This document shows positions 10,508 through 20,214 of a DNA stretch of 54,358 nt, in pieces. The stretch comes from a virus. Taxonomy: Duplodnaviria > Caudoviricetes. The stretch lies in IMG/VR virus record IMGVR_UViG_3300023174_000214, positions 1-54,358 of that record; one strand, given 5' to 3'. The position numbers and the translations under genes are program-made. Within the stretch, counting starts at the first letter, position 1. The number at the start of each line of letters is the position of its first letter. Under the pieces are notes generated by a model. That model ran no database searches. It was not told the DNA's origin and saw only the letters and a list, made by a program, of their open reading frames with translations.

Positions 10508-11874
10508 TGAAAAAATTAAAACAAATAACTCTAGTCAATATAAATTGTATAGATCCAGAGATAAGTATAAAATCATTAGAATATTCTATGAGAGAAATAG
10601 AGTTCGCTAAAGTTGTACTTTTTTCAGATAAAAAACCGTTTAATATAAAAGATGATATTGAATTTATAAAAATTAATAAAATAAATTCATTAGATGATTA
10701 TAGTAGATTTTGCATAAATGAACTTCTAAAATATATAGAAACTGATTACGTAATAAATTGTCAAAATGATGGATTCATAATCAATCCCCATCTTTGGACA
10801 GAAGAATTCTTAAATTACGATTATATCGGTGCGCCTTGGGCTTCTAATAGTGAATGGGCGAAAAAAAATAGAGTGGGTAATGGAGGATTTTGTCTAAAGA
10901 GCAAAAAATTTCTGGAGTTGTGCACGCAAATACACTATATATCGGGTCATGATGATGTTATTGTAACAAATGATTATTACGATTTTTTTACTAGAAACGG
11001 TATAAAATACGCGCCAGTTGAAGTTGCAATGAAATTTTCTTTAGAGATGAAAATACCAGAATGCGATTATGACTTAAACAATTGTTTTGGGTTTCATGGA
11101 AAAGGCATAGCCTGGCATCATTTGGGAGAAGGTCAAATGTTTAAAGAAAAACTTGATATGATTAGAAACGTAGGATTAGTATTAGAGAATAATATGGAAG
11201 TTGAAGATATAAATTCTTTTTATAGAGACGAATTAATAAACTTACCCCATGAAGAATTGTATAATTTTTTAGATTCAAAAGTTGGAGTATCTGATACTGA
11301 ATACTTTGGAGCAAAATACAAAGGAAATCTTCAAATTCAACAAATTCCAGAAGAATATATACAACTTTTAAATTTCTTCAAATCAAATACAATAGATAGA
11401 TATCTAGAATTGGGTGTTGCTAACGGAGGAAGTTTTTTTATGAACTCTATTTTTCTACAGAATACAGCAAAGATAATTCATTGTGTAGATTGCTTAGCAT
11501 ATAAAGATGTTCCATGGGTAGGACAAACATCTCAAAAAATACAATCAAAGGTAGATAGATTGCAAGAGTACTTTCCTAATAAAAACGTCAAATTTTATAA
11601 TATGACTACTGACGACTTTTTTAAAATAAACTCTCAAGAATATGATTGTATATTCATAGATGCTGATCATGATTATGATGGAGTAATGAAAGATTACATA
11701 AATAGTTTGAAATTTATTAGAAAAGAGGGGTGGATTGTTTTCCATGATATAAGAAATTATAATACTGGAGTTAAAAAATGTTGGGAAGAAGTTAGTAAAA
11801 ATTACTCAATAAAATATGAATTTTGTCACCCAACAAGTCCTAATTGCGGAATAGGCATAATTAAAATAATATAA
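10507..11874 (+). CDS. DUF5672-type (GT-A-like) domain fused to class I methyltransferase
   Basis: QNDGFI..YDYIGAPW..VGNGGF..FGFHG; then LELGVANGGS..IFIDADH..IVFHDI. Confidence 0.75.
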   Translation: MKKLKQITLVNINCIDPEISIKSLEYSMREIEFAKVVLFSDKKPFNIKDDIEFIKINKINSLDDYSRFCINELLKYIETDYVINCQNDGFIINPHLWTEEFLNYDYIGAPWASNSEWAKKNRVGNGGFCLKSKKFLELCTQIHYISGHDDVIVTNDYYDFFTRNGIKYAPVEVAMKFSLEMKIPECDYDLNNCFGFHGKGIAWHHLGEGQMFKEKLDMIRNVGLVLENNMEVEDINSFYRDELINLPHEELYNFLDSKVGVSDTEYFGAKYKGNLQIQQIPEEYIQLLNFFKSNTIDRYLELGVANGGSFFMNSIFLQNTAKIIHCVDCLAYKDVPWVGQTSQKIQSKVDRLQEYFPNKNVKFYNMTTDDFFKINSQEYDCIFIDADHDYDGVMKDYINSLKFIRKEGWIVFHDIRNYNTGVKKCWEEVSKNYSIKYEFCHPTSPNCGIGIIKII

Positions 11875-11877
11875 TAT

Positions 11878-12669
11878 ATGATTTACGATTGTTTTACTTT
11901 TTTTAATGAACATACAATTTTAGATATTAGATTAAATACTTTGTATGATCATGTTGATAAATTTATCATTGTAGAGGCTACAAGAAGTCATCAAAATTTA
12001 GAAAAGAAATTATTTTTTAGCGAGAAAAAACATGAATATTCTAAATTTTTGGACAAAATTATACACGTAGTTCTAGATGAATATCCTGAACACACGTATT
12101 GGTCTTATGAAGAAAATCAAAGAGATGCTATAATTAAAGAATTAAGTAAAATAGCAACAGAAGATGATATAGTATTTATCTCAGATGTAGATGAAATATG
12201 GAATCCTGAGATGATTGATCTTAATAATGTAGAATCTGATAAAATATATAAGTGGCCAAGTTATGTTTGTTTTAGATACTTTAATTTAATGGCGCAAAAA
12301 GAATTATGGTATCAACCTCTCTATTGTAAATTTTCAATATTAGATAAAATGTGTAATAAAGAAAAATTAAAATTTTCATACGATGTTTTTAGAAATCGAG
12401 GCAATAAAATAGACAAAAATAGTTATATAGAATTAAATACAATATCGGGATGGCATTTATCTTATACAGAAGATATTGAAAATAAACTTCAAAATTTCTT
12501 ACACTCTGAATATAGAAATATGTCGAATGAGTATTTCCAAAAATCAATAAAATCAGGAGTCAATCCATTTTCTGGAAATGAAGTTTTTTTAATAGATAAT
12601 ATTCAAGATCATCTACCAGAATATGTTAAAAACAATATTGATAAATTTTCAAATTATATTCTCATTTAA
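11878..12669 (+). CDS. GT17-like (beta-1,4-GlcNAc transferase, MGAT3-like) glycosyltransferase
   Basis: MIYDCFTFFNE..RLNTL..VDKFIIVEA, EENQRD, ISDVDEI, GWHLSY. Confidence 0.8.
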   Translation: MIYDCFTFFNEHTILDIRLNTLYDHVDKFIIVEATRSHQNLEKKLFFSEKKHEYSKFLDKIIHVVLDEYPEHTYWSYEENQRDAIIKELSKIATEDDIVFISDVDEIWNPEMIDLNNVESDKIYKWPSYVCFRYFNLMAQKELWYQPLYCKFSILDKMCNKEKLKFSYDVFRNRGNKIDKNSYIELNTISGWHLSYTEDIENKLQNFLHSEYRNMSNEYFQKSIKSGVNPFSGNEVFLIDNIQDHLPEYVKNNIDKFSNYILI

Positions 12670-13442
12670 TGATTAAAGTAAATTTTATAGGGAGATTAGG
12701 AAATAATATGATTCAGTATTCGATAGCAAAGTTTATATCTGATATAAAAAAACAAAAATTATGTTATTCTATTACGGGGAATACTAATTGTGATTTAATG
12801 TTTAATATATTTCCAAAAACGCAAATACAAAATAATGAATCTTTTACAAATAATAATACAAAAATTTTTGGATATGATAGTACGGATAATCAAATTCAGA
12901 ATTTTAATATGCAAGATTTATTAGATCATGATGGAGATATATTATTAAATGGATTTTTTCAAAAAAAAGAATTTTTATTTGATAATTTTAACATTATTAA
13001 AAATTATTTTCAATACGATTTCCAATCATTAAAAGACTCAAGTCAATATGATGTTGTTATTCATCTAAGATTAGGGGATTATATCCAATTAAATCATTTC
13101 ATACATCCAGATAAAATATATAATTTATATAAGAATTTAGGATTTTCAAATGCGTTAATTCTATCTGATGATCCAAATCACTTTTTTCTTTCGAAATTTA
13201 AAAGTGATCATACATGTACAATCCAAAACAATTCTGCAATACAAGATTTACATTATATGATAACATCAAAAAACATAATAATAAGTCAATCTACATTTAG
13301 TTGGTGGGGATCTTATTTAGGGAATTTAAAAAATATATATGTACCATATGATGATAATCAATATCTATGGCCATATGAACCAAAAAATGATGATATAGAT
13401 TTAATACCGAATAAAAAAAACTATCACAAAATAAAATTATAA
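12669..13442 (+). CDS. GT11 alpha-1,2-fucosyltransferase-like protein
   Basis: GRLGNNMIQY, GFFQ, HLRLGDY, SQSTFSWWG. Confidence 0.82.
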   Translation: MIKVNFIGRLGNNMIQYSIAKFISDIKKQKLCYSITGNTNCDLMFNIFPKTQIQNNESFTNNNTKIFGYDSTDNQIQNFNMQDLLDHDGDILLNGFFQKKEFLFDNFNIIKNYFQYDFQSLKDSSQYDVVIHLRLGDYIQLNHFIHPDKIYNLYKNLGFSNALILSDDPNHFFLSKFKSDHTCTIQNNSAIQDLHYMITSKNIIISQSTFSWWGSYLGNLKNIYVPYDDNQYLWPYEPKNDDIDLIPNKKNYHKIKL

Positions 13443-13446
13443 AAAT

Positions 13447-13674
13447 ATGTTTATTAATTTAGATATACAAGGAGTTGAATTAAGAGCAATTAAAGGATTG
13501 GGTGAATATCTATCGCATATAGATTACATATATACAGAAGTGAATGAAGATTCAGTGTATGAAAATAATGATCTATTAAAAGACATAGATAAATATCTTT
13601 TATTAAAAGGTTTTTCAAGAAAAGAAACTTGCATAATAAATGGAAATTGGGGAGATGCTTTATACACTAGATAA
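13447..13674 (+). pseudogene. C-terminal fragment of a FkbM-family methyltransferase
   Basis: FINLDIQGVEL..YIYTEVN..WGDALY is the FkbM C-terminal part; the SAM-binding N-terminus is absent. Confidence 0.7.
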
Positions 13675-13690
13675 TTTTAAATAAAAAAAA

Positions 13691-14653
13691 ATGGAAAATA
13701 AAAAAGTAGTATACGTTACTGGTTGTTTTGGTTTTATTGGATCATATGTAACACAAGCCTGTTTAAATAAAGGGTGGTATGTAAAAGGTGTGGATAAATT
13801 AACTTACGCCGCAAATAAAAGTTTGTATAAAGAATTTATGGATCATCCGAACTTTTCTTTTGTTCACTGCGACATAAACGATTTAAAGTTTTTATATGAT
13901 TGTGATTACGTAATTAATACAGCTGCAGAAACTCACGTAGGGAATAGCATATCCAGCAGTTCAGAATTTGTCAAATCTAATATAGACGGAGTTCATAACT
14001 TATTAGAATTGATTAAAAATCACAGAGGAGAGAACGTAGGAAAACCAGTACTTATTCACTTTAGCACTGATGAAGTCTATGGAGATATAGAATCAGGAGC
14101 TCATAAAGAGTCAGATATGCTAAAGCCAAGTAATCCATATTCAGCGACAAAAGCTGCTGCAGATATGCTTGTAATGGCTTGGGGAAGAACGCATAAAGTT
14201 CCATATATGATTATAAGACCAACCAATAACTATGGTGTGGGACAATATGTGGAAAAGTTAATACCAAAAACAATAAAATACCTAAACCTCGGTCGTAAAA
14301 TTCCATTACACAATAATGGAGAACCGTACAGAAACTGGCTTCACGCTTACGATACAGCTAGAGCAGTTATATGCCTTATTGAAAAAGGTCAGATAGGAGA
14401 AATTTATAATGTTGCTGGTGGATTCGAACAGAAAAATATCGATACTGTAAAACAGATTATCGAATCATATAAAGATAAGGATTTAGAATCTTATACAAAT
14501 TATATAGATTTTTCTTGTGATCGTCCTGGACAAGATGTTAGATACGCTTTAAATGATTCTAAACTAAAATCTTTAGGATGGTCACCGAAAAAGAATTTTT
14601 CTTTAGAAATAAAAAATATTGTAAATTATTATAAGAAAAAATTTATTTGGTAA
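13691..14653 (+). CDS. rfbB: dTDP-glucose 4,6-dehydratase-like SDR (RmlB/RfbB)
   Basis: TGCFGFIG, DKLTYA, AAETHV, STDEVYG, PYSATKA, NNYG..QYVEKLIP, DRPGQDVRY. Confidence 0.85.
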   Translation: MENKKVVYVTGCFGFIGSYVTQACLNKGWYVKGVDKLTYAANKSLYKEFMDHPNFSFVHCDINDLKFLYDCDYVINTAAETHVGNSISSSSEFVKSNIDGVHNLLELIKNHRGENVGKPVLIHFSTDEVYGDIESGAHKESDMLKPSNPYSATKAAADMLVMAWGRTHKVPYMIIRPTNNYGVGQYVEKLIPKTIKYLNLGRKIPLHNNGEPYRNWLHAYDTARAVICLIEKGQIGEIYNVAGGFEQKNIDTVKQIIESYKDKDLESYTNYIDFSCDRPGQDVRYALNDSKLKSLGWSPKKNFSLEIKNIVNYYKKKFIW

Positions 14654-14654
14654 T

Positions 14655-16391
14655 ATGAGAGTTAGCGATTACGTAGCTAGATTCATTTCTAGTAAGAAAA
14701 TTAACCATGTGTTCACCGTTCCAGGTGGAGGATGCATTTTTTTAAATGATGCATTCGCAAGAGAGGAATCAATAGAAGTCGTTGCTAATCACCATGAACA
14801 AGCATGTGCTTTAGCAGCTGAAGGATACGCTAAATTTAATGGACATCTGGGTGTCTGTTTAGTTACCTCGGGCCCAGGAGGATCTAACGCATGGACAGGA
14901 ACACTATGCTCATATCAAGATAGCGTACCAGTAATGGTTATAAGTGGCAATGTTAATAGAGAATTAACTACAAATTTCACCAAGCTTAAACTAAGGCAAT
15001 TAGGAGATCAAGAATTCGATGTTGTTAATACCGTTAAGAATTTTACTAAGTATGCTGTTCAAGTAAATGATCCACTAGAAATTAGATACCATTTAGAAAA
15101 AGCATATCATCTAGCTACAACAGGTAGGAAAGGGCCCGTGTGGATTGATGTACCGTTAGATGTACAATCTACAGAGGTAGATCCCGATATACTTCAAGCA
15201 TATGAACCGAATAAAGAGAGTCTATTTGTATCAGAAAGAGATTTGTTAGAGTTATTAACAAAACTAAAAAATAGCAAAAAGCCACTGATAATAGCAGGGC
15301 ACGGTGTCAGATTATCTAACTCAGTTGATCTATTAAATGAAATTTTAGAAAAGCACAAAATACCAGCAATAACATCCTTTAATGGAAACGATGCTGTATC
15401 GAACGAATATGAATACTATTGTGGTAGATTTGGAACCCATGCACAGATAGCCGCAAATAAGATTCTACAAGAAGCTGATTTTGTTTTATCGCTTGGTAGT
15501 AGATTATACGTTAGACAAACAGGCTATAACTTTAAGTCATTCGCTAAGAATGCCTATAAAGCGTATGCTGATATAGATAAAGAAGAGTTATACAAACCAA
15601 CAATATTTCCAGATCTTAGACTACACTGCGATGTTAACACATTACTAACTTGCATAAAAGATTATATTAAGATTGGAGATGTGGATCACTGGAGACAGTA
15701 CTGCAAAGACGAAGTACTCTGCAATCCAACAGTGCTACCAAGACACCGAAGTAGCGAACCTACTAATATTTATGGAGTTGTTGATGTATTAAATCAATTT
15801 ATGAGATCAGATCTTCCAGTGATAACATCTGATGGATCTGCTAATATAGTTGGAATGCAAGTACTTAGATTAAAAAAGCATCAAAGATTATTTAGCAACA
15901 AATCAACAGCTCCAATGGGATATGGATTACCTGCAGCGATAGGAGCTTGCTTTGCAAATAATAAAAAGCAACTATTATGTTTAGAAGGTGATGGTAGTTT
16001 GCATATGAATATACACGAATTGCAAGTTATAGTTCAAAATCAATTACCTATAAAGTTAGTAGTATTTAATAACGATGGATACTTATCCATAAAAATAACT
16101 CAAAAAACTTTCTGCAACGGATTACTATCGGTATCAAATAGTTCTAGCGGATTAACATTACCCGACTATGAAAAGATATCGTTAGCCTATGGTATCAATT
16201 ATAAAAGGATTGATAACTTATTACAATTAAAAGATGAACTAACTAAATCATTCAGCACAAATCTACCGGAACTAATTGAAGTGTTTGTAGATCCTAATGG
16301 AGTACACGAACCTAAGGTATCAGCTATGTTAGGAGCAGATGGGAAATTTATACCTGGAAGTCTTGAAAATATAAAATGGATACAAGAATGA
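14655..16391 (+). CDS. ThDP-dependent acetolactate-synthase-like enzyme (YerE-like carboligase candidate)
   Basis: HHEQAC..AAEGY, VTSGPG, GPVWIDVPLDVQ, MGYGLPAAIGA, GDGS..NN ThDP motif; located between sugar genes. Confidence 0.85.
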   Translation: MRVSDYVARFISSKKINHVFTVPGGGCIFLNDAFAREESIEVVANHHEQACALAAEGYAKFNGHLGVCLVTSGPGGSNAWTGTLCSYQDSVPVMVISGNVNRELTTNFTKLKLRQLGDQEFDVVNTVKNFTKYAVQVNDPLEIRYHLEKAYHLATTGRKGPVWIDVPLDVQSTEVDPDILQAYEPNKESLFVSERDLLELLTKLKNSKKPLIIAGHGVRLSNSVDLLNEILEKHKIPAITSFNGNDAVSNEYEYYCGRFGTHAQIAANKILQEADFVLSLGSRLYVRQTGYNFKSFAKNAYKAYADIDKEELYKPTIFPDLRLHCDVNTLLTCIKDYIKIGDVDHWRQYCKDEVLCNPTVLPRHRSSEPTNIYGVVDVLNQFMRSDLPVITSDGSANIVGMQVLRLKKHQRLFSNKSTAPMGYGLPAAIGACFANNKKQLLCLEGDGSLHMNIHELQVIVQNQLPIKLVVFNNDGYLSIKITQKTFCNGLLSVSNSSSGLTLPDYEKISLAYGINYKRIDNLLQLKDELTKSFSTNLPELIEVFVDPNGVHEPKVSAMLGADGKFIPGSLENIKWIQE

Positions 16392-17158
16392 ACATACTAA
16401 TAACAGGAGGAAACGGATATATAGCAAAATCACTATATTCATCATTAAGCAATAATTACAATATAATAAGTGTATCTAGAAAAGATTTTGATTTGACTGA
16501 TAGAAAAGATACAGACAATTTTTTTAGAGGCAAATTATTTGATGTCGTTATCCATTGCGCAGTTAAAGGTGGTAGCAGATTGAAACAAGAGAGTTGGAAA
16601 GACATGGATGATAATTTAAAAATGTATTATAATATAATAGGAAATAAAAGTAGTTTTAATAAACTAATTCATTTCGGATCAGGCGCAGAATTTAATGCAT
16701 CGAATACTCCATATGGATTCAGTAAAAAAGTTATAGCAAATTCCATTTCAGAACTAGAAGATTCTTATAATCTAAGAATATATGGGTTATTTGATGAGAA
16801 CGAATTAGATAGTAGATTTATAAAAGCAAATATAAAAAGATATATAAATAAACAACCAATTGAAATATATCAAGATAAATACATGAGTTTCTTCTATATG
16901 AAAGATCTTATAAAAGTTATAGAATATTACTTACTAAATAGTAATGCGCAGAAAGATCTCGATTGTTGTTATAGTCACATATACACATTAAGCGCAATCG
17001 CTGATATTATTAATTGTTTATCTGATTATAAAGTTGAAATCATAAAACAAAATGCGGATATAGGCAATGGATATTATGGAAATAATTTACAAAGACCTAA
17101 TATAGATTATTTAGGATTACAATATGGAATAAAAGAAGTTTATAAAAAATTAAAATGA
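16388..17158 (+). CDS. NAD-dependent epimerase/reductase (extended SDR)
   Basis: MNILITGGNGYIA, YGFSK (YxxxK); ATG16388 overlaps upstream TGA. Confidence 0.82.
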   Translation: MNILITGGNGYIAKSLYSSLSNNYNIISVSRKDFDLTDRKDTDNFFRGKLFDVVIHCAVKGGSRLKQESWKDMDDNLKMYYNIIGNKSSFNKLIHFGSGAEFNASNTPYGFSKKVIANSISELEDSYNLRIYGLFDENELDSRFIKANIKRYINKQPIEIYQDKYMSFFYMKDLIKVIEYYLLNSNAQKDLDCCYSHIYTLSAIADIINCLSDYKVEIIKQNADIGNGYYGNNLQRPNIDYLGLQYGIKEVYKKLK

Positions 17159-18429
17159 GGAATATAACAATTGCAACAAATCCTGGCGCGGATAGTTTAG
17201 AGTACATTAAACTCTTAATAGAATCATTAAAACAAAATCTAGATAACAAATATCATGAAATACTAATTTTTATAGATAAAGACACTGATGGAATTGTTGA
17301 CTATTTAAAATCAGAAAAAAATAATTTTCATGATTTAAAAATAATTACCCATTCAGTAAATCCCGTTATTAGTTATCAAAGAAATTCTAGTTTGATAGTA
17401 GATTTTGCAAAATATGACATAGTAAGTTATTTGCATAGCGATATGGTCATATCTAAAGGTTATGATACAGCTATAATTTCAGAATTAGAAGATAATATGA
17501 TATTGAGTTCTACAAGAATAGAACCTCCACTACATCCAGAATCTCCTATAACCTTTACTCAAGATTTTGGTCTAAATCCAGAAGATTTTAATTTTGAATC
17601 ATTTACAAAATATGCAGAGACTGTAAAATCAAATAAGAGTTTAAATTATTTTTTCGCACCATACACTTTTCACAAGGAAACATGGAATAAGTTAGGAGGA
17701 TATGATACTCTGTTTAGAAGATCTAGAGAAGATTCAGATTTTGTACAAAGATGTTTGCATGCAGGAATAAAATTAAAACAAACGTATGCAGCAAATGTAT
17801 ATCATTTTACTTGCGTTACTTCTAGAGGAAAAAATTGGTTTGATCAATCGAATCAAGAAGCACAAGACCGAGTTCAATTACAAAATTCTGCGGATCAAAT
17901 AGAGATTAGACGATTCTTTAAAAAATGGGGAAACTTTAATCATGGAGAAAATTTAATTAAGAAATATGATTGCGATTTAGTTATAAAAAAATCTCATAAT
18001 CAATTGAACTTAGCTTATCAATTAGAACCATTTTTTACAAGAGTTTTCGTAGAATCTCAAGATTGCATAGATCAATTACTTGAAGCACATAAGAATCAAC
18101 ACGAACCAGCAAATAGACTTTTAAATTTTACAGAACAAGATTGGCAAGAATCAAGTAAGTATTATAATCAAATAGACTATTCTAAAATTTATTTTGTTGG
18201 AGAACCTGAAAATTATAACGCTAAAATAGTTGTTGATTTGGATAGCACAGAATATAATTTTCTCACTCAAGAAACTCTATTAATTCTATCTCATTTAATT
18301 GAACAAACAGAACCTGGAGATTATCAATCTGGAAATTGTATATTTAGCTTAAAACAAAAAGTAGATATCACACCACCATTTAAAGTAGAAAATCCTCCAT
18401 TCGATATGACTTTATTAACCATAGAATAA
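17155..18429 (+). CDS. GT2-like glycosyltransferase
   Basis: YLHSDM, LGGYDTLF..REDSDF, VYHFTC. Confidence 0.78.
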   Translation: MRNITIATNPGADSLEYIKLLIESLKQNLDNKYHEILIFIDKDTDGIVDYLKSEKNNFHDLKIITHSVNPVISYQRNSSLIVDFAKYDIVSYLHSDMVISKGYDTAIISELEDNMILSSTRIEPPLHPESPITFTQDFGLNPEDFNFESFTKYAETVKSNKSLNYFFAPYTFHKETWNKLGGYDTLFRRSREDSDFVQRCLHAGIKLKQTYAANVYHFTCVTSRGKNWFDQSNQEAQDRVQLQNSADQIEIRRFFKKWGNFNHGENLIKKYDCDLVIKKSHNQLNLAYQLEPFFTRVFVESQDCIDQLLEAHKNQHEPANRLLNFTEQDWQESSKYYNQIDYSKIYFVGEPENYNAKIVVDLDSTEYNFLTQETLLILSHLIEQTEPGDYQSGNCIFSLKQKVDITPPFKVENPPFDMTLLTIE

Positions 18430-18450
18430 TATTTATATAAAACAAAATAA

Positions 18451-18756
18451 ATGGAAGCAGTAAAACCCAAAGCTCACGTAACTATAGATGGTAAAAAATT
18501 AGGATTACTTTTTGATGTTAACTCAAATCCTACTAAAAAAGGTGTTAAGCTGCATTTTATTCTCGAAGAGAAATTCCAAGATCCAAGAGACAAACAAGCT
18601 TTAGCTTCAAAAATATCTACAGCATTGCAAAAAAAATTCGGAGAAGCAGGTATAGTTATTGACTATGATGAAAGATCGCCTTATGAAAACGCTATATCGT
18701 ATATAGTTCCATTGCAATCAATATCTGAGTTGCTAATAAAAGCATTAAAAAATTAA
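18451..18756 (+). CDS. hypothetical phage protein
   Basis: 101-aa ORF preceded by TATTTATA box. Confidence 0.6.
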   Translation: MEAVKPKAHVTIDGKKLGLLFDVNSNPTKKGVKLHFILEEKFQDPRDKQALASKISTALQKKFGEAGIVIDYDERSPYENAISYIVPLQSISELLIKALKN

Positions 18757-18771
18757 AGATATAAAAAAGTT

Positions 18772-19116
18772 ATGGCGAAAAGAAAAACTATACGCGCTAT
18801 ATTCGAAAACATAGATAGCTTAACTCCAGAAGATATATCAAAATCTCAACAGTTAAAAGAATTGTTGATGTCTCAAGTGCCAATTAGTGTTTATGAGTCG
18901 CACTCCGCAAGAAAACAATATGCAACCATATTCGAGATAAATTCTACAGATCATTATATAGAAATTCCAAAAAGAGATTGGGTGCCAGCTTTAGAAACAT
19001 GTATCATGTGGTTTTTAGAAATTGAACAGTACGAAAAGTGTACAAAACTAAAACAAATCATCGACGAGATTCAGAAAAAATCAAGTAAAAAACTAAACGT
19101 TAAATCTGATGAGTAA
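18772..19116 (+). CDS. hypothetical protein with C-terminal UVR-like motif
   Basis: EIEQYEKCTKLKQII resembles a UvrB/C coiled motif. Confidence 0.55.
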   Translation: MAKRKTIRAIFENIDSLTPEDISKSQQLKELLMSQVPISVYESHSARKQYATIFEINSTDHYIEIPKRDWVPALETCIMWFLEIEQYEKCTKLKQIIDEIQKKSSKKLNVKSDE

Positions 19117-19510
19117 CGAATACAAGAATGTGCAAATAGCAGTAGATAGCATGTTGAATATCAAATCGTCTGTAAGAAGAAAAAGAAAGACTGAGCAAAA
19201 TAAAAAGAAAGAGATATTCATACAAATGATAAATGGCATAGAGCATGCAATAATAAGATCTCACATAGCGTTTACAGATTTCGGTATAGATTATTCGGTA
19301 TACGATGATACATTTATGACTGTAATAGATTCATTAATATACATGCACTTTGGAAAAGACGCCGCGGAACTAATATCCTATTACCTTTGGGATCGTGTTA
19401 ATCCAGATGGATCAATAAATCCAGTAATGGATGAAGATGATAACGAAATACACCTTAAAGACACAGAACAACTTTGGGAATTAGTATGCAAGTTGAATCC
19501 AAAAATATAA
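19109..19510 (+). CDS. hypothetical phage protein
   Basis: 133-aa ORF overlapping upstream stop. Confidence 0.6.
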   Translation: MSNEYKNVQIAVDSMLNIKSSVRRKRKTEQNKKKEIFIQMINGIEHAIIRSHIAFTDFGIDYSVYDDTFMTVIDSLIYMHFGKDAAELISYYLWDRVNPDGSINPVMDEDDNEIHLKDTEQLWELVCKLNPKI

Positions 19511-19515
19511 TGTAG

Positions 19516-20214
19516 ATGGACAAAAAACCATTTAAATACGACGGTTACGCTTTCACAGAAGAAGACATACGCCAAGCGATGTCAAAAACCAGAAGCAATG
19601 CAGAAGCAGCAAGACATTTACAAGTCAGCGTAACGACCTATCAAAAATACGCTAAGAAATACACAGACGCGCTGACAGGCAAGACTTTATGGCATTTGCA
19701 TATGAATATATCTTCCAAAGGAATTCCAAAGAAATGGAACACGGGTGAGCTAAAGGGAGATCTAGATAAGATGCTTACAGAAAGGCAGCTTAACAATCCA
19801 AAACGACTTGGAATGTTGAAGTCATTATTAATGAAAGATGGTCGATTAGGATATTGCTGCTCAGCGTGCGGACACTCAGAACGCAGACTCACTGATATGA
19901 AGCAACCACTAATGTTGGCATTTAAAAATGGAGTGCGAACTGATTGGAGATTAGAAAATCTCAAGTGGCTTTGTTACAACTGCTCATTTATATTAGGACT
20001 TGATTATTTCTCAAATAGAATGATTCGCGATATAGAATCTTTCACATCTCACACAGATGAAGCCCAGAAAGAAGTGCAGAGCTTCTACGCTCTTGATGAA
20101 TTTTATATGCAACACTTATCAAAGCTAGGCCTGGACGGAGTTGGAGACGTTATAGATAAACCACAAACTCCCGAACCTCTCGAAGACGGTGAGGAATTTA
20201 TAGATCGAGTGTAA
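19516..20214 (+). CDS. HTH + Zn-finger/HNH-like protein (catalytic residues degenerate)
   Basis: SNAEAARHLQVSVTTYQKY HTH; CSAC..LMLAFKNG..DWRLENLKWLCYNC. Confidence 0.65.
   Translation: MDKKPFKYDGYAFTEEDIRQAMSKTRSNAEAARHLQVSVTTYQKYAKKYTDALTGKTLWHLHMNISSKGIPKKWNTGELKGDLDKMLTERQLNNPKRLGMLKSLLMKDGRLGYCCSACGHSERRLTDMKQPLMLAFKNGVRTDWRLENLKWLCYNCSFILGLDYFSNRMIRDIESFTSHTDEAQKEVQSFYALDEFYMQHLSKLGLDGVGDVIDKPQTPEPLEDGEEFIDRV

Noticed and set aside
14655-16391. ilvB as a branched-chain amino-acid auxiliary metabolic gene
   Set aside because: No ilvN/ilvH, ilvC or ilvD. The gene is coupled between NDP-sugar enzymes, so no ilv symbol was assigned.
1842-18429. Bacterial chromosomal O-antigen or capsule locus
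   Set aside because: No flippase, polymerase, chain-length or housekeeping genes. It is interleaved with phage-type ORFs and continuous with phage gene arrays.
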